The notes below the pieces were generated by a model. The model worked only from the letters and a program-made list of their open reading frames with translations, was not told the DNA's origin and ran no database searches. This document shows positions 1 through 13,080 of a DNA stretch of 64,000 nt, piece after piece. The stretch comes from Octopus vulgaris (lineage: Eukaryota), in contig OX597820.1 of NCBI GenBank assembly GCA_951406725.2, forward strand, positions 8,370,001-8,434,000, in the 5' to 3' direction. Every line of letters starts with the position of its first letter. The stretch's first letter is position 1. The translations under genes and the position numbers were made by a program.

Positions 1-264
1 TCTTCCTTAACCCTTCTCTATTCTTTCTCCCTTTCTACATCTCCCTCCATTTCTCTAATTCTCTCTGGTCCTTATTTTTCCACTCAAATTTTCTGTTTCT
101 CCTTCTGTCATTCCCCCACACCTCACCTCGCTCGCTCTCTCCCATTATTATTATTATCATCCTATCACCCCCACACACACACTTTCTAATACAGACCCCT
201 ACATTATCCCTACATCCTCACAGCCCCCGGCCCCGGCTCAACCACCTTCTACCTCCCTTGTCCA

Positions 265-343
265 TTCCCGCGCCAATCACCCACCCACCTCCCGTCGATG
301 TCCCGCCACATTTGAATGCGCCAACACGTGTTCGAGAGGAAGT
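265..343 (+). promoter_or_regulatory. Possible promoter-like motif cluster (E2F-like, CCAAT, CHR-like TTTGAA, E-box, ETS)
   Basis: TTCCCGCG 265-272, CCAAT 273-277, TCCCGCC 301-307, TTTGAA 311-316, CACGTG 325-330 and GGAAGT 338-343 lie in a locally GC/CpG-rich patch; no downstream gene identified. Confidence 0.25.
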
Positions 344-1466
344 CGGTGGGGAGAGAAAAGAACGTTGAAGAGTTGTTACTCGACTTACTAGAAATAGCAG
401 CATATTGCTATCAAATCCTAAAACACAAAACAGATTCATAAGAAGGTGTCACTAAATAATGTACTCCTAGATACACTGTGACTGATTAAAACACCCGATG
501 GGCCTGCAATTCCCAGCCACCACTGCTAATAGTCTAAACTGACCCGGGACAAAACGATAACACATGTTTGCATGTGTTATATATATAACGATAGTGTCAG
601 CCTGTTCCTAGTAAAAGTTTAATAAATATCTTCTTCCCACAAGCACTGAGTAATTTTTTGCAGTTTAATATCAAATTGTTTATATATAATTTGACATAAA
701 AGCAACGAACGTATGTGATTGAAGGGAGAAGGGAAATATATAGCCAAAGCTCGTGTCAACGGAATGCGCTTGTATGTGTGTGTGTATGTATATACATCAA
801 TATATGTATGTAAGCGTACCGAGACTGGCGTGTATATATACATATATATATATAATTCAATTTGAAAACTCCACCAGAATGGACGAAAGCACTAATATAT
901 GATGTATAAAAACATGTAATATACAAATAAATATCTGCAAATATAAAACCATCCGAATTTCTGAGTACCTCATTTCTTCTAATATAAAATACCTGTGCAT
1001 CACCTCCAAACCTTCAAATATATATATATATATAAACAGCATATTTATGTATACATGATATATGCATTCAAAGACATTTCAATACATATACATATATTAC
1101 CATTAAATGTACGTATATATGAATTTACGAATGAATGGGTGAACAGGGCAGCGTGAACACTGTGTGTACAATATATATGTATATATATATATAAACGTGT
1201 GTGAGTGTGTGCATACATGCAGAACAGTCTGAAGGCATCGGTTACAATGGACATTTATTTGTCCGGGGGCCTCCTCCGGTCTAGGGACCCAATGCAAATC
1301 TACGTACGCTGTAGTTCAGCCGGGGTCAGTAGTGCTGTTGGGGGCAAACCCCGTATGTAAGGACCAATACTTTCATCTGGTGTCGAAAAACTTAAGTACC
1401 AGTTATAAACTGTCATAAGTACTCTTCTATTATTGACAATGGGCTCTTGGCCAACTGTATGCATGC

Positions 1467-1506
<40 letters not shown>

Positions 1507-1775
1507 AGAGAGGGAGAGATGTATAAATATATATGCACACACACACAATCATGTAATTAAAATGCGAAATGTAATTGCATATACAATCTTACCTTATGTC
1601 CAGTGTGTATATCTATATACAGTAGTTCTCCCGTTATTTACGTATGTGTAATCATACATGTGTTTGTGCGTAAATATATATATATATATATATATACTTA
1701 AATATATACACAAATATATTATAAGATATATAGATGTATATATGTGTGTATATATAGAGAGGGTTTTTTTTGCCG

Positions 1776-1851
1776 CTATGTTACGTTGGAGCTGGTATCC
1801 GAGGTGGACATGGTGAAGTCTTGGTTACAATTAAAGAAAGATACTGTTTCA
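1776..1851 (-). CDS. Candidate isolated coding exon (xETVSFFNCNQDFTMSTSDTSSNVT*), product unknown
   Basis: Minus-strand acceptor ttctcgtctgttgttgttgtgacag, then an open frame to TAG at 1778-1776; no recognised homology. Confidence 0.25.
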
Positions 1852-2559
1852 CTGTCACAACAACAACAGACGAGAAGCTGTTTCTCTTCTCTTTCGCCCC
1901 CCCCCTCCCCGCCAAACACCGCCGCCACCACCGCTACAGCAACAACAACATCGCACCACTTCCACCTCTACAACCACACTCCCACTACCACTTCAACACC
2001 ACCACCACCACCGCCGTCACCATTTCACCCTGCTACCATACTCCCTCCCCTTCACCGTCGTCACTGACTTGGCCTAATAACATCACCACCACCACCACCA
2101 CCACCACCACCGCCACCGCCATCACCATCATCAAAAACTCATCGGCAACGCCGCCCTAACCATCAACGGTTGCTCCATCTTCATCGTCTTCATCTCTCCA
2201 TCACGTCCACCACCACCATCCTCATGTTCACCACCGTCTTCACTTCCGCCACCACCTCTGCCGCCGCTACATGAAATAACACAACATTCCCCTCCACGCC
2301 GCAGTGGTCAAAGCTGGAGTGTCTTTGAGCATAGGTCTTTTAGGTTATTGCCGACCTAGGGTTAAACAGCAAACACCACAAGCCCATCATCATCATCGTC
2401 ATCTCACTACCTGCTAGAAATAATAGCTAAATCTTCCTCAAGTCATCCACTTATGTTCTGAAGTGATGATGGCGCTAATGATAGTGATGCTGATATTGAT
2501 GATGATGATGATGATGATGATGATACTGTTGATGCCGCGACTGACTGATGCCGTCTCCT

Positions 2560-2595
<36 letters not shown>

Positions 2596-3176
2596 CTCTC
2601 TTACTCTCTCTCCTCATTCTCTCACTTAACTTTCCTCTCTCCGCCCCTTTCAATCTCCCACTCCTTTCTTCACATAACCACTCTCCCTCCTCCTCTCTAC
2701 TCATCTCTCACTTACCTCTACCCTCTCTCGTACTTACATCACCACTCTCACTCTCAGCCTTTACTCTCTCTTCCTTCACTTTCTACCTCTCTCTCTCCTC
2801 ATATCACTTCTCCCCTCTTTCCACTTCTCTCTCTCATATCACTTCTCCCCGCTTTCTCTCTCCTAATCCCTTTCTGACTCTCCCTCTCCCTTCTCGTTCA
2901 CTCCTCTTACTTCTCCCACAAATCTCTTTACCGCCCTTCTCTATCTCTTACTCTATTTACGCCCTCTCTCTCGCTCTCTCTCTCTCATCCTTCCCTTTCT
3001 AATCCTCTCTTTCATTCCAGATTTCTTGTTATTCAATATTTTGTATTTGTTGTTGTTATTGTTGTTGTGTGTGTATGTGTGCGTGTGTGAATACACACAC
3101 ACACACACACACAGAAAACAAGAGAGAGAGAGACATCGATTACATTATCTTCACATACAGTCAGGCACTCGGCGTT

Positions 3177-3218
<42 letters not shown>

Positions 3219-3689
3219 CATACACATATAGAAACTCGTGCGCTCACACACACACACACATACTCTCAAACTCATACACTGACTTACTCTGTAAACATTG
3301 ATAGATTTCGCATTTTCGAGGGAAGGGGTCGTGCGTACGTGTGTGTGTGTGTGTGTGTGTATTTCCTCCAGTACCGACACAAGTTTTAAATAGAAGGTCT
3401 TAAGACGTGGTTGTGTTATCAAGAGGTTCACTTTAACGTGTGGAACAGAGTTCGGTCCCGCCGCGCGGCAACCCGGCCAAGTGGTTTCCATTGGGGCTGA
3501 TTCTATAACCCCATTACAAATCCTTGGTTCTTTTTACTTAGATTAGCACAATCGTTAGAGAGAGAGGATTAAAATACCATTCGTCGTATCGAGTTCTAAT
3601 TCTACCGAGATCAACTTTACCAGTTATCTCTCCGGGTTAAAAAAAAAACATAAAATATCTGTCGTGTACTGAGGTCGAGTAAGTGTGTG

Positions 3690-3989
3690 TGTAAGAAATG
3701 AATATCATTGTGTGTATGTGTGTATGTATGTATGTTTGTATGTATGTATGTATGTGTTTGTATGTATGTATGTATGTATGTATGTATGTATGTATGTATA
3801 TATGTATGTTTGTATGTATGTGTTTGTATGTTTGTATGTATGTATGTATGTATGCACAGTTGTGTGTATGTATGTATATGTGTATGTATGTATGTTTGGA
3901 TATATGAATGTGTGTATGTATGTTTGCATGTATGTAGTATGTATGTATGTATGTATGTATGTATGTATGTATGTATGCTTGCATGTATG

Positions 3990-4023
<34 letters not shown>

Positions 4024-4048
4024 TGTATGTTTGTAGTATGTATGTGTG

Positions 4049-4118
<70 letters not shown>

Positions 4119-4296
4119 TGTATGTTTGTAGTATGTATGTGTGTATGCATGTATGTATGTGTGTATGTATGCACAGTTGTGTGTATGTATGTTTGTATGT
4201 ATGTATGTATGTATGTATGTACGTTTGTATGTATGTATGTTTGTACAATTGTGTGTATATATGTTTGTATAGTTGTGTGTATGTATATATGTGTGT
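3690..4296. repeat. Degenerate (TATG)n microsatellite; similar tracts at 13560-13900, 16500-16588, 26586-27002, 32080-32198, 41447-41715, 56720-56790, 57879-58510
   Basis: Direct inspection; source of the YIHT/MYVC pseudo-ORFs. Confidence 0.95.
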
Positions 4297-4297
4297 A

Positions 4298-4505
4298 AGG
4301 CGACGCGCCGGTAGAACCGTTAGTACCGCGGGCAAAATGCTTAGCGACCTTTCGTCTGTCTTTGTGTTCTGAGTTCAAATTCCATCGAAGTCCACTTTGC
4401 CTTTCCTCCTTTCGGGATCGATGAAATAAATACCAGATGTGTATTGGGGTCGATGTAATCGACTCTCACCTCTCCCTCGAACTTTTCGTGCCAAAATTTG
4501 AAAGC
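4298..4505 (+). mobile_element. Older diverged copy of the tRNA-derived SINE family (SINE-A)
   Basis: Head aggcgacgcgccggtagaaccgttag, B-box-like gagttcaaattcc, central actttgcctttcctcctttcgggatcgatgaaataaatacca. Confidence 0.8.
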
Positions 4506-4559
4506 ATTTGAAAGTATGTAGTTTTAGCTTTACGTTGCATGTTGCGAATGCTCTGGAAT

Positions 4560-5100
4560 GCATGGTCAGTGAAGTTTCTGGGGTCTCAGGGGTTTGGGGG
4601 TGGGGGGTCCTTCGACGTGTGACCCCCTGACCCAGTCGAGGTTGATCAAGTCCCGGCATGCATCCCAATAGCAACAAACCACAAGTTTGTCCCCTTTATC
4701 CCAAACCACCGAGTTGCTTTCTCTGCTTTTTCAGTGATGGAGTTTATAGCCCTCCTCTTTGCTCTTGTTATTTGCCTGGGGCCATTTGATCCTCTGGACT
4801 ACTCTGCATGGAGTCGAAGGTACAGCCACATGAAGGGATTCTTCACTGTGGGGTGGGGGAAGGGAATCCTGGCCATTCTCCTCCTTCGTCTTCCTGTGTT
4901 TTGCGCCTGATTTTCATTCTGCAAGTATTTCATTCTGGTCTGATGGATTTTTAGGCTCTGCACGTTCTTAAATTCTCCATCACCGATGCATTCTGTGTTC
5001 TTTATCCTTTTATTTTCTCTTCATTCGAATGATTCCAAGTTCACGAGTCCATCCTGTTTTCCGTGTTTTCTTTTGTTGTCCTCTTGTACCGCATTTTATT
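4560..5100 (-). mobile_element. Internally deleted HERO/NeSL-like (RLE) non-LTR element relic
   Basis: Minus strand reads an N-terminal zinc-finger remnant (ECIGDGEFKNVQSLKIHQTRMKY) and IKWPQANNK, then immediately C-terminal KRRAINSITEKAEKATRWFGIKG and a HERO-like 3' UTR (gccgggacttgatcaacctcgactgggtc). Confidence 0.6.
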
Positions 5101-5311
5101 TATTTAAACAGGGCGTGAGAAATATTTCAGTGTATATTTCGTAATTTGATAAAAACATCTCTAATCTAGCAAAAAATTTAATAAAAATCTGTGCATTTGT
5201 TCTCGATAAGATTTCTTAAAAGTGTTTCTATGAATCTGCTTTTATCTTCGATGGCTGTTTCGATTCCGGGTGGGAATAAATCTGATTTATATATCAATCT
5301 GATTTCATTTC

Positions 5312-5729
5312 GGATCTTTTCGGTTTGACCGGTAGTTTTTTAAAATAATTTCCACGTAACTAAACACTTTTAAACTTCGTATACTGGTAGAATGTGTTTA
5401 TAAAACATCTTTTTCTCTTGGCTTTATTGAGAAAATTCTATAGTTTGTAAGATATTTGTTGTTGTTTTTTCTTCAATTTCTGCAATTTCAACCAATCAAT
5501 GACGTCTGTTGAGGTGAAAACATTATGTGCCGTATGAATATGTCCCCCGTTAAAGAAACAGATTGGGTTTATTTACATTTGTGAAGAAAAAAAGATACCC
5601 TTCCCCCCACCCCTAACCCTAACCCTAAAACAGATAGAAATGCAATAGATCAATACTAGGGTCATAATTATGGGTGCCAATTTCATATGACACCGTTAGA
5701 AAAGACTGCCGGTCAAACCGAAAAGATCC
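5312..5729. mobile_element. MITE with GG-terminal TIRs and 8-bp TSD (Merlin-like), carrying (CCCTAA)3
   Basis: TIR ggatcttttcggtttgaccgg / ccggtcaaaccgaaaagatcc; flanks ttcatttc / ttaatttc; telomere-type repeat at 5611-5628. Confidence 0.8.
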
Positions 5730-6544
5730 TTAATTTCTACCAACACTGACTTCAAGTGTGTAATTTCAGCCAATAACTCTGACTCCTTTTATTGAGTCTG
5801 GATGCAGTTCATTTATTTTCGTCCACCGCCTGGCGGCCGTCTTAAAGGTGCCCAGTATCAAAAAATATCATTCGTAGCAGACGTTCTCTCAACATCGTTC
5901 ACACGCGCCTGACTCAGGCTCAAAAGTTACAACCCGAGTTTCTATCCATAATCGTAAATGTTAAAAGTAATTCAATGTTTTCTTGAAACAATATATTTCT
6001 ATAGAGATGAGGGTTTAAATTTCAATCTATGAAAAATGTCCGTTCTACAATATTCTTAAAGGAACAAAAAATTATCCAGCAACTCGGGCTAATACGAACG
6101 AACCTGTGTAAAAGACTTACTGGTATCTCTTGTCAAGAATACAGGTGACAAACAGATCGCTGTTGCTTGATGTGCACTCTGCTGTCGTTATTTGATTGCT
6201 GTTATTCTGTGCATCTGTGTGTAAAGATCAGTTGTATTTTGCAGGGTTGCTTTATTTTTACTTTTAACTTAGAAATGGAGAATGACATATTGAAACTCTA
6301 TTTCTGTCTTATTGATAAATCATCAGTGCATATATAAGTCTGCGGTGTGCATTACGTCTCTTACCTTCTTTTATACATGTGTCATGCGATATCTGTAATG
6401 AGCCCGGGTGACGCTGACGACCTGGAGTCGCCTCTGAGATATATATATATAGGGAGAGTTTATGAAAAAAAAAACGAAAGACGAAGACAGGTGGTGTACA
6501 AAACAAATAGATGTATTAGTATAACGCTCAGGAATAGAAAAAGT

Positions 6545-6580
6545 CTTTTACGTTTCGAGCCTACGCTCTTCTACAGAAAG
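6545..6580 (-). ncRNA. Minimal type I hammerhead-like motif (variant core) in a Penelope-like repeat at ~6450-6650
   Basis: Minus: cttt-CTGTAGA-a-gagc(gtag)gctc-GAAA-cg-TA-aaag; core A6 replaced by U. Confidence 0.55.
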
Positions 6581-6685
6581 GGACACAGAAAAAAACAAGG
6601 AGAGAAACAAGGAGAGAAAAAAATGTGTGTAGTAGCTAACGATCTATCATATAATCAAAATAAGCAACAGGATATCAAGAAGTGA

Positions 6686-6771
6686 TGCAGTACGACCGTT
6701 TCAAGCGACTCCATTTAATTGAACAATGCAATCATCACATCTATTTAAATGCACAGCTATCATCAGCTGCA
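6686..6771 (-). ncRNA. Type I hammerhead ribozyme with long helix II, in a fold-back element at ~6650-7140
   Basis: Minus: tgcag-CTGATGA-[~55 nt helix II]-GAAA-cggtcg-TA-ctgca; inverted partial copy at ~6997-7055. Confidence 0.8.
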
Positions 6772-7161
6772 CAAATATAATAGAATTTTAACAAGTTGGA
6801 CACATGAATATAATGTTACTCAAATACTTTAACAGAACAAGAAGATGAAAGAAATTCATGCTGTCACTATTGTAGCTAAGAATATACTACACTTCCAAGA
6901 AAGGCATGAAGCTTATTGGAGTCATAGCTTGTAAAGGATTGTGATTCTTCATTTCTAATTTATTCGTCTTTTTTATCAACTACTAAATCTAAGACTGGAG
7001 TCGCTTGAAACGGCTGTACTGCATTACTACTGGACATCCTGTTCCTTATTTTAATTCTATTCACCTTATTTGGAGCTGTGCAGATAATACCTGACTGACC
7101 TGGTACTTCAATTTAAGTACCTAATTCAACTGAATCTCAGTTATATATACATATATACATA

Positions 7162-7231
<70 letters not shown>

Positions 7232-7250
7232 TACAGACACATACATACAT

Positions 7251-7337
<87 letters not shown>

Positions 7338-7389
7338 TACATATATATATAATATACTTTATTTTAAGCAGCAGAAAATTCAACAAAAT

Positions 7390-7427
7390 CTGTTACTCTG
7401 AGTTTCTCGTTGCCGTTCATCAGACAG
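7390..7427 (-). ncRNA. Minimal type I hammerhead ribozyme
   Basis: Minus: ctgt-CTGATGA-a-cg(gcaa)cg-a-GAAA-ctcagag-TA-acag; same family at 33373 and 34507. Confidence 0.8.
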
Positions 7428-7506
7428 TTTTTGCTAGAATCTATATATATATAAAATATATATAATATATAATCTATATATATATATAAAATATATATAA
7501 TATATT

Positions 7507-7578
<72 letters not shown>

Positions 7579-7691
7579 CGGAGATGTACTCGCATAGCAA
7601 GTAATTTGATCTGAGATCGTGTGCTGAAACGAAAACAATTGCAGCGTGCAATTGTATACCTTGCCTCTGTGTTAGCCTGTGGGTAGTAAAG

Positions 7692-7768
<77 letters not shown>

Positions 7769-7769
<1 letters not shown>

Positions 7770-8020
7770 TAGCAGTATCGCCCGGCGTTGCTCGGATTTG
7801 TTTCGACCCGCTGGAATTGGAATTTTTGAAAAGTAAAATTTTGCATTATGTAGCTTGTTATTCTCTTCAAGTGAACATTTTTCTGGTTGAAATACACCGA
7901 AAAGTGGCGACACAGCAGTGAAAAAATCGTAAAAAATAGGGATTTTCATAGAAAAAAGCACCTTTTTGATGTAAATAATTTTTGGTGTTAACATGGTCCG
8001 ATTTGAATTTTATCTTCTAT
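7769..8020 (-). mobile_element. Non-autonomous Helitron 3' portion
   Basis: Minus-strand 3' end ccgagcaacgccgggcgatactgCTAG-T (subterminal hairpin plus CTAG). Confidence 0.75.
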
Positions 8021-8383
8021 TGCCGTAATTTCTGGAGACGAATAAGAAAAAAATATGAAATTCGAGAAAAGCAAGGATTTTTGTTTGTAGAATTGACAGC
8101 GTTTGGTTGAAGAGAAGTCGAGTGTCAAGAAGGTTTTATATTTTGGTGGAACTGCGTGAAGAATTCATGAAAGAAATGTTGTGCGGTTGATTCGTACAAG
8201 CCTTCCAGTGTTGGAGGTAATGCGCCTGGCCATTCGAGAAGGATCTTCTGATAACATTTCACAGACGGTTCTTTTATCTTGGACATTGCACCAAAAACGA
8301 ATCAAATAATTTCTTTGATTCAGACAAAACAACACTATCATTCTTTGAAAACGGTTTCTAATTTATCACTGAGGATATTCAGG

Positions 8384-8418
<35 letters not shown>

Positions 8419-8778
8419 AAATGTACGAATTTATGGACTGCATGTATATATGTATGTGTGAGTATATATGTGTATATAGTATATATATATATATACACAC
8501 GCACACGCACCCAGGCTCACACACACACTCACACAAAGACACATTGACGCCTTGTGGCAATGTGACGCATGTCTCATGAAACTGGTTTCAATTCTCGACT
8601 GTTTTATAGAAACAAGATGAGTTTTGTCCGTCGGTTCAAGCGGGGTTGTTGTTGTTGTTTTGCTGTAGATCAGCCATGACCCAACAAAATTATGATCAAA
8701 GTCAATCCAGCTGTGATCATCTCATCTTAGAAAAATGTAGAGTTACATTAACCAAGCTTTTCCCTCCTTATTAAACTG

Positions 8779-8857
8779 GGATCTTTTCACTTTGACCGGC
8801 AGTGTTTAGTTACAAAGAAATTATTTTAAAAATCTGCCGGTCAAAGCGAAAAGATCC
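8779..8857. mobile_element. 79-bp mini-MITE of the same family as 5312-5729
   Basis: Same TIR; perfect 8-bp TSD ttaaactg at 8771-8778 and 8858-8865. Confidence 0.85.
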
Positions 8858-9067
8858 TTAAACTGCGTATTTCGAGGGAAATTTGGCTGCTATTTCAAGT
8901 AGGTCTGTTGACCATGTTAGACGATCCTTTATTAACACCGATTTCATTGTAGATGTAAAGGTGGGGTTTGTCACGGTTCTCTCTTCTCACCCTTCCTTTT
9001 TACATTATTCCTTGAAACTATCTCACAAACATTCATCGCTGTGAAGTTTTTTTTTTTTTTTAATCGT

Positions 9068-9244
9068 TTGCTTGTTTCAGTCATTGGACAGCGGCCATGC
9101 TGGAGCACTGCCTTAAAAGGTTTAGTCGAACAATCAACCCCACAAGCTCACGTTTTTGCAAGTTTGGCACTTATATCCTTGACCTCTTTTGCCGAACCGC
9201 AAAATGAGGGAGACGTGAGCAGAGCGGTAGGTGGGGGACAAACA
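9068..9244 (-). mobile_element. Diverged 3' half of the CORE-type SINE (SINE-B)
   Basis: ttgtttcagtcattggacagcggccatgctggagcac...gccgaaccgc. Confidence 0.75.
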
Positions 9245-9862
9245 AACGGCAGACGAAATACCAATTTCTTTACTACCCACAAAGGGCTACACACAGAGAA
9301 GACAAACAAGGACAGACAAACGGATTAAGTCGATTACATCGACTCCAGTGCGTAACTGGTACTTAATTTATCGACCCCGAAAGGATGAAAGGCAAAGTCA
9401 ACCTCGGCGGAATTTGAACTCAGAACGTAACGGCAGACGAAATACCTATTTCTTTACTACCCACAAGGGGCTAAACACAAAGGGGACAAACAAGGACAGA
9501 CAAACGGATTAAGTCGATTACATCGACCCCAGTGCGTAACTGGTACTTAATATATCGACTCCGAAAGGATGAATGGCAAAGTCGACCTCGGCGGAATTTG
9601 AACTCTGAACGTAACGGCAGACGAAATACCTATTTCTTTACTACCCACAAGGGGCTAAACACAAAGGGGACAAACAAGGACAGACAAAGGGATTAAGTCG
9701 ATTACATCGACCCCAGTGCGTAACTGGTACTTAATTTATCGACCCCGAAAGTATGAAAGGCAAAGTCGACCTCGACGGAATTTGAACTCAGAACGTAACG
9801 GCAGACGAAATAGGTCTACGCATTTCGCCCGCCGTGCTAACGTGTCTGCCAGTTCGCCGCCT
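9245..9862 (-). mobile_element. SINE-A tandem array (one head, three bodies, plus a fragment)
   Basis: ~185-bp units; head ggcggcgaactggcaga only at 9862. Confidence 0.9.
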
Positions 9863-10089
9863 TATTATTCTTATAATTTTTATTATTATTTTTTTTTTAT
9901 TTTTGCAATGGTTTGATTGAATATGTAAGACGGGGGTTGTTAGAAACACAGAAGACGTGTTGTCAGAACAAGAAAGGGACACAGAAGGAATAGAGAGGGA
10001 TCTGTGGTCGACTGAGAAGCAAGAGTTTAGATGTACTGAAATAGTTAGAAAAAGAGGAACCATGGAAAGGAGGTTGGGTGGGGTGGGGG

Positions 10090-10480
10090 TGAAGTATTTA
10101 GAGGGCTAATGAGATAGAGGTGATAATTCTTGTTACCTAGGTGATCCAATTAGCAATGAGAGGTGACTATGGAGAATAATGTGCGTTGTCAGATAAGGAA
10201 GGTGCGGAAGATGTTGAGGAAGTTATTAATTCTGTTCATCTGAAAGGGATGTGATTGTATGAGGGGGTAGTGTGATATGGGGGGGGGGGGCCGGGGGTAT
10301 ATACATGGTATTTAGAGATATGGGGTGTGGGTGGAGGGGGTATTGACTGTGGAGGGTTTGTGGGGGGTGAGAGAGAAATGAGAGGATGAGTATAGTCTGG
10401 TGGGTGTATAATGCTTAGGTGATGTATAGAGTGTATTGAGTGTGAAGGGTCTGTGGAAGCTGCAGAGGAATGATGAAGAA
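10090..10480 (+). pseudogene. Highly degraded RTE-type RT C-terminal fragment
   Basis: CYLGDPISN...RCQIRKVRKMLRKLL resembles the FCYLGD..RIRIGW.KFRELL region of RTE elements. Confidence 0.4.
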
Positions 10481-10499
10481 TGCGTTTTGTGTGTGTGTG

Positions 10500-10556
<57 letters not shown>

Positions 10557-10574
10557 TGTGTGTGTGTGCGTGTG

Positions 10575-10627
<53 letters not shown>

Positions 10628-10697
10628 TGTGTGTGCGTGTGTTGTGTGTGTGTATGTGTGTGTTGTGTGTGTGTTGTGCGTGTGTGTGCGTGTGTGT

Positions 10698-10733
<36 letters not shown>

Positions 10734-10781
10734 GTATGTGTGTGTGTGTGTGTGTGTTTACACGAGGGTAAGTGTATGTGT

Positions 10782-10835
<54 letters not shown>

Positions 10836-11022
10836 ATGTGTGTGTGTGTGTGTGCGTGTGCGTGTGTTGTGTGTGTGTATGTGTGTGTTGTGCAGTGTGT
10901 GTGCCACAAGTGTTTGCTTATTCCACCCAAGAAGGTTTTCAGCTGATCGTGCACTTATTTATAGATCGCTTCGAGGTCCACAAGTTTTGCGAGTTGGCAG
11001 AACTTATTTATAGATCGCTTCG

Positions 11023-11801
11023 AGGCGGCGAGTTGGCAGAACCGTTAGCACGCCGGGCGAAATGCGTAGCCGTATTTCGTCTGCCGTTACGTTCTGAGTT
11101 CAAATTCCGCCGAGGTCAACTTTGCCTTTCGTCATTTCGGGGTCGATAAAATAAGTACCAGTTACGCACTGAGGTCGATATACTCGACTTGATCCGTTTG
11201 TCTTTCCTTGTTTGCCCCTTCTGTGTTTAGCCCCTTGTGGGGCAGAAAAGAAATAGGTATTTCGTCTGCCGTTACGTTCTGAGTTCAAATTCCGCCGAGG
11301 TCGACTTTGCCTTTCATCCTTTCGGGGTCGATAAATTAAGTACCAGTTACGCACTGAGGTCGATATACTCGACTTGATCCGTTTGTCTTTCCTTGTTTGC
11401 CCCTTCTGTGTTTAGCCCCTTGTGGGGCAGTAAAGAAATAGGTATTTCGTCTGCCGTTACGTTCTGAGTTCAAATTCCGCCGAGGTCGACTTTGCCTTTC
11501 ATCCTTTCGGGGTCGATAAATTAAGTACCAGTTACGCACTGAGGTCGATATACTCGACTTGATCCGTTTGTCTTTCCTTGTTTGCCCCTTCTGTGTTTAG
11601 CCCCTTGTGGGGCAGTAAAGAAATAGGTATTTCGTCTGCCGTTACGTTCTGAGTTCAAATTCCGCCGACTTTACCGGTCATCCTTTCGGAGTCGATAAAT
11701 TAAGTACCAGTCACGCACTGGAGTCGATGTAATCGACTTAATCCGTTTCTCTGTCCTTGTTTGTCCCCTCTATGTTTAGCCCCTTGTGGGTAATAAAGAA
11801 A
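11023..11801 (+). mobile_element. SINE-A tandem array (one head, four bodies)
   Basis: Bodies start at ~11071, 11256, 11441 and 11626; junction aagaaata|ggtatttcg. Confidence 0.9.
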
Positions 11802-11864
11802 CATATTTGTATATCGCTTCCTGTGCTCCTTCGTCCTGGACAAATCGATGACCTCGTAAAGGAT

Positions 11865-12085
11865 CCCTTTAGCATTTAAACCGGTCATATCCGGCCAAAA
11901 GTATTCTGCCTGTTTTATGGTCAAACTGGCCAGATCTGGTCTCTCACACCAACCCTACAATATCATCTTAAAAATTAACAGCTACCTCATCAAAATCTCA
12001 TAGCTACAAGATAATGCATGATAAGTTCAAAACAATGTGGATGAAAAGGGATTAATTTTGGCAGAATAATGCGAACACTAAAGGG
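11865..12085. mobile_element. piggyBac-like MITE
   Basis: Termini ccctttag / ctaaaggg, inserted in the mariner ORF at the LFGPLK position (degenerate TTAA). Confidence 0.65.
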
Positions 12086-12658
12086 TTGCGGACCAAAGAG
12101 ATGATAGCTGGAAAGGGCGAGATCTGAACGGTATGAAGATGTTCCATCGACTCGAAACCCAATTTGTCAATGGCTCCAACGGTGTCAGTGGCTGTATGTG
12201 AGCATGCATTGTTGTGCTACAGTAACACCTGCTTTAACAATGGACCTGGTATCAGTTTGTTGGCCAGCATTTCACTGCAGTCTACACTGGTAAATGTAGA
12301 CCCAATTTCCAGGTAACGTTCCAGTATAGACCTTTTCGTCCCCCCACAAAAACAAAAACAAAAAAAATGGTTAATATAACTTTTCCTGCTGAAGGTTGAG
12401 TCTTGCATTTCTTTTTCGCAAGCGATTCTGGGTGTTTCCACTCCATACTCTACCTCTTGGATTCTGGCTCAAAGCGATGGATCCAGGTCTCGTCTTCTGT
12501 AACTATTCTCTCCAAAATAGCTTCGTCTTCATCGTTGAGGTGGTCAAGTAAGCATTGACAGATCTCCATACTTTGGTAAGCTCTCTTGGCCGCTTTTGCG
12601 GAAGCGATGCTTGTCGTGGATGATTTCGTTTTGCAGAACCATGAGTAATCTGCAGAAA

Positions 12659-13080
12659 TATACCTATTTCTTTACTACCCACCAGGGGCTAAACACAGAG
12701 GGGACAAACAAGGACATACAAACGGATTAAGTCGATTATATTGACCCCAGTGCGTAACTGGTACTTATTTAATCGACCCCGAAAGGATGAAAGGCAAAGT
12801 CAACCTCGGCGGAATTTGAACTCAGAACATAAAGACAGACGAAATACCTGGTTCTTTATTACCCACAAGGGGCTAAACACAGAAGGGACAAACAAGGACA
12901 GACACACGGATTAAGTCGATTACATCGAACCCAGTGCGTAACTCGTACTTAATTTATCGACCCCGAAGGGATGAAAGGCAAAGTCGACCTCGGCGGAATT
13001 TGAACTCAGAACGTAACGGCAGACGAAATACGGCTACGCATTTCGCCCGGCGTGCTAACGTTTCTGCCAGCTCGCCGCCT
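12659..13080 (-). mobile_element. SINE-A dimer with TSD
   Basis: TSD tctgcagaaa at 12649-12658 and 13081-13090. Confidence 0.9.

Noticed and set aside
388-401. ctagaaatagca match to the Cas9 sgRNA scaffold
   Set aside because: Short coincidental match; flanks do not continue and the motif is a native repeat
1744-3002. Pro/Thr/His-rich and Leu/Ser-rich ORFs
   Set aside because: Low-complexity (CAC)n, (GAT)n and CT-rich DNA
4734-4818. Plus-strand exon with signal-peptide-like MEFIALLFALVICLG
   Set aside because: It is the antisense of the HERO-like relic
8030-8385. Possible Penelope RT N-terminal remnant on the minus strand
   Set aside because: Too many stops and too little motif match to support
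11100-11539. Recurrent ORF MRNWYLIYRPRKDERQSRPRRNLNSERN
   Set aside because: Antisense translation of SINE-A starting at GTG
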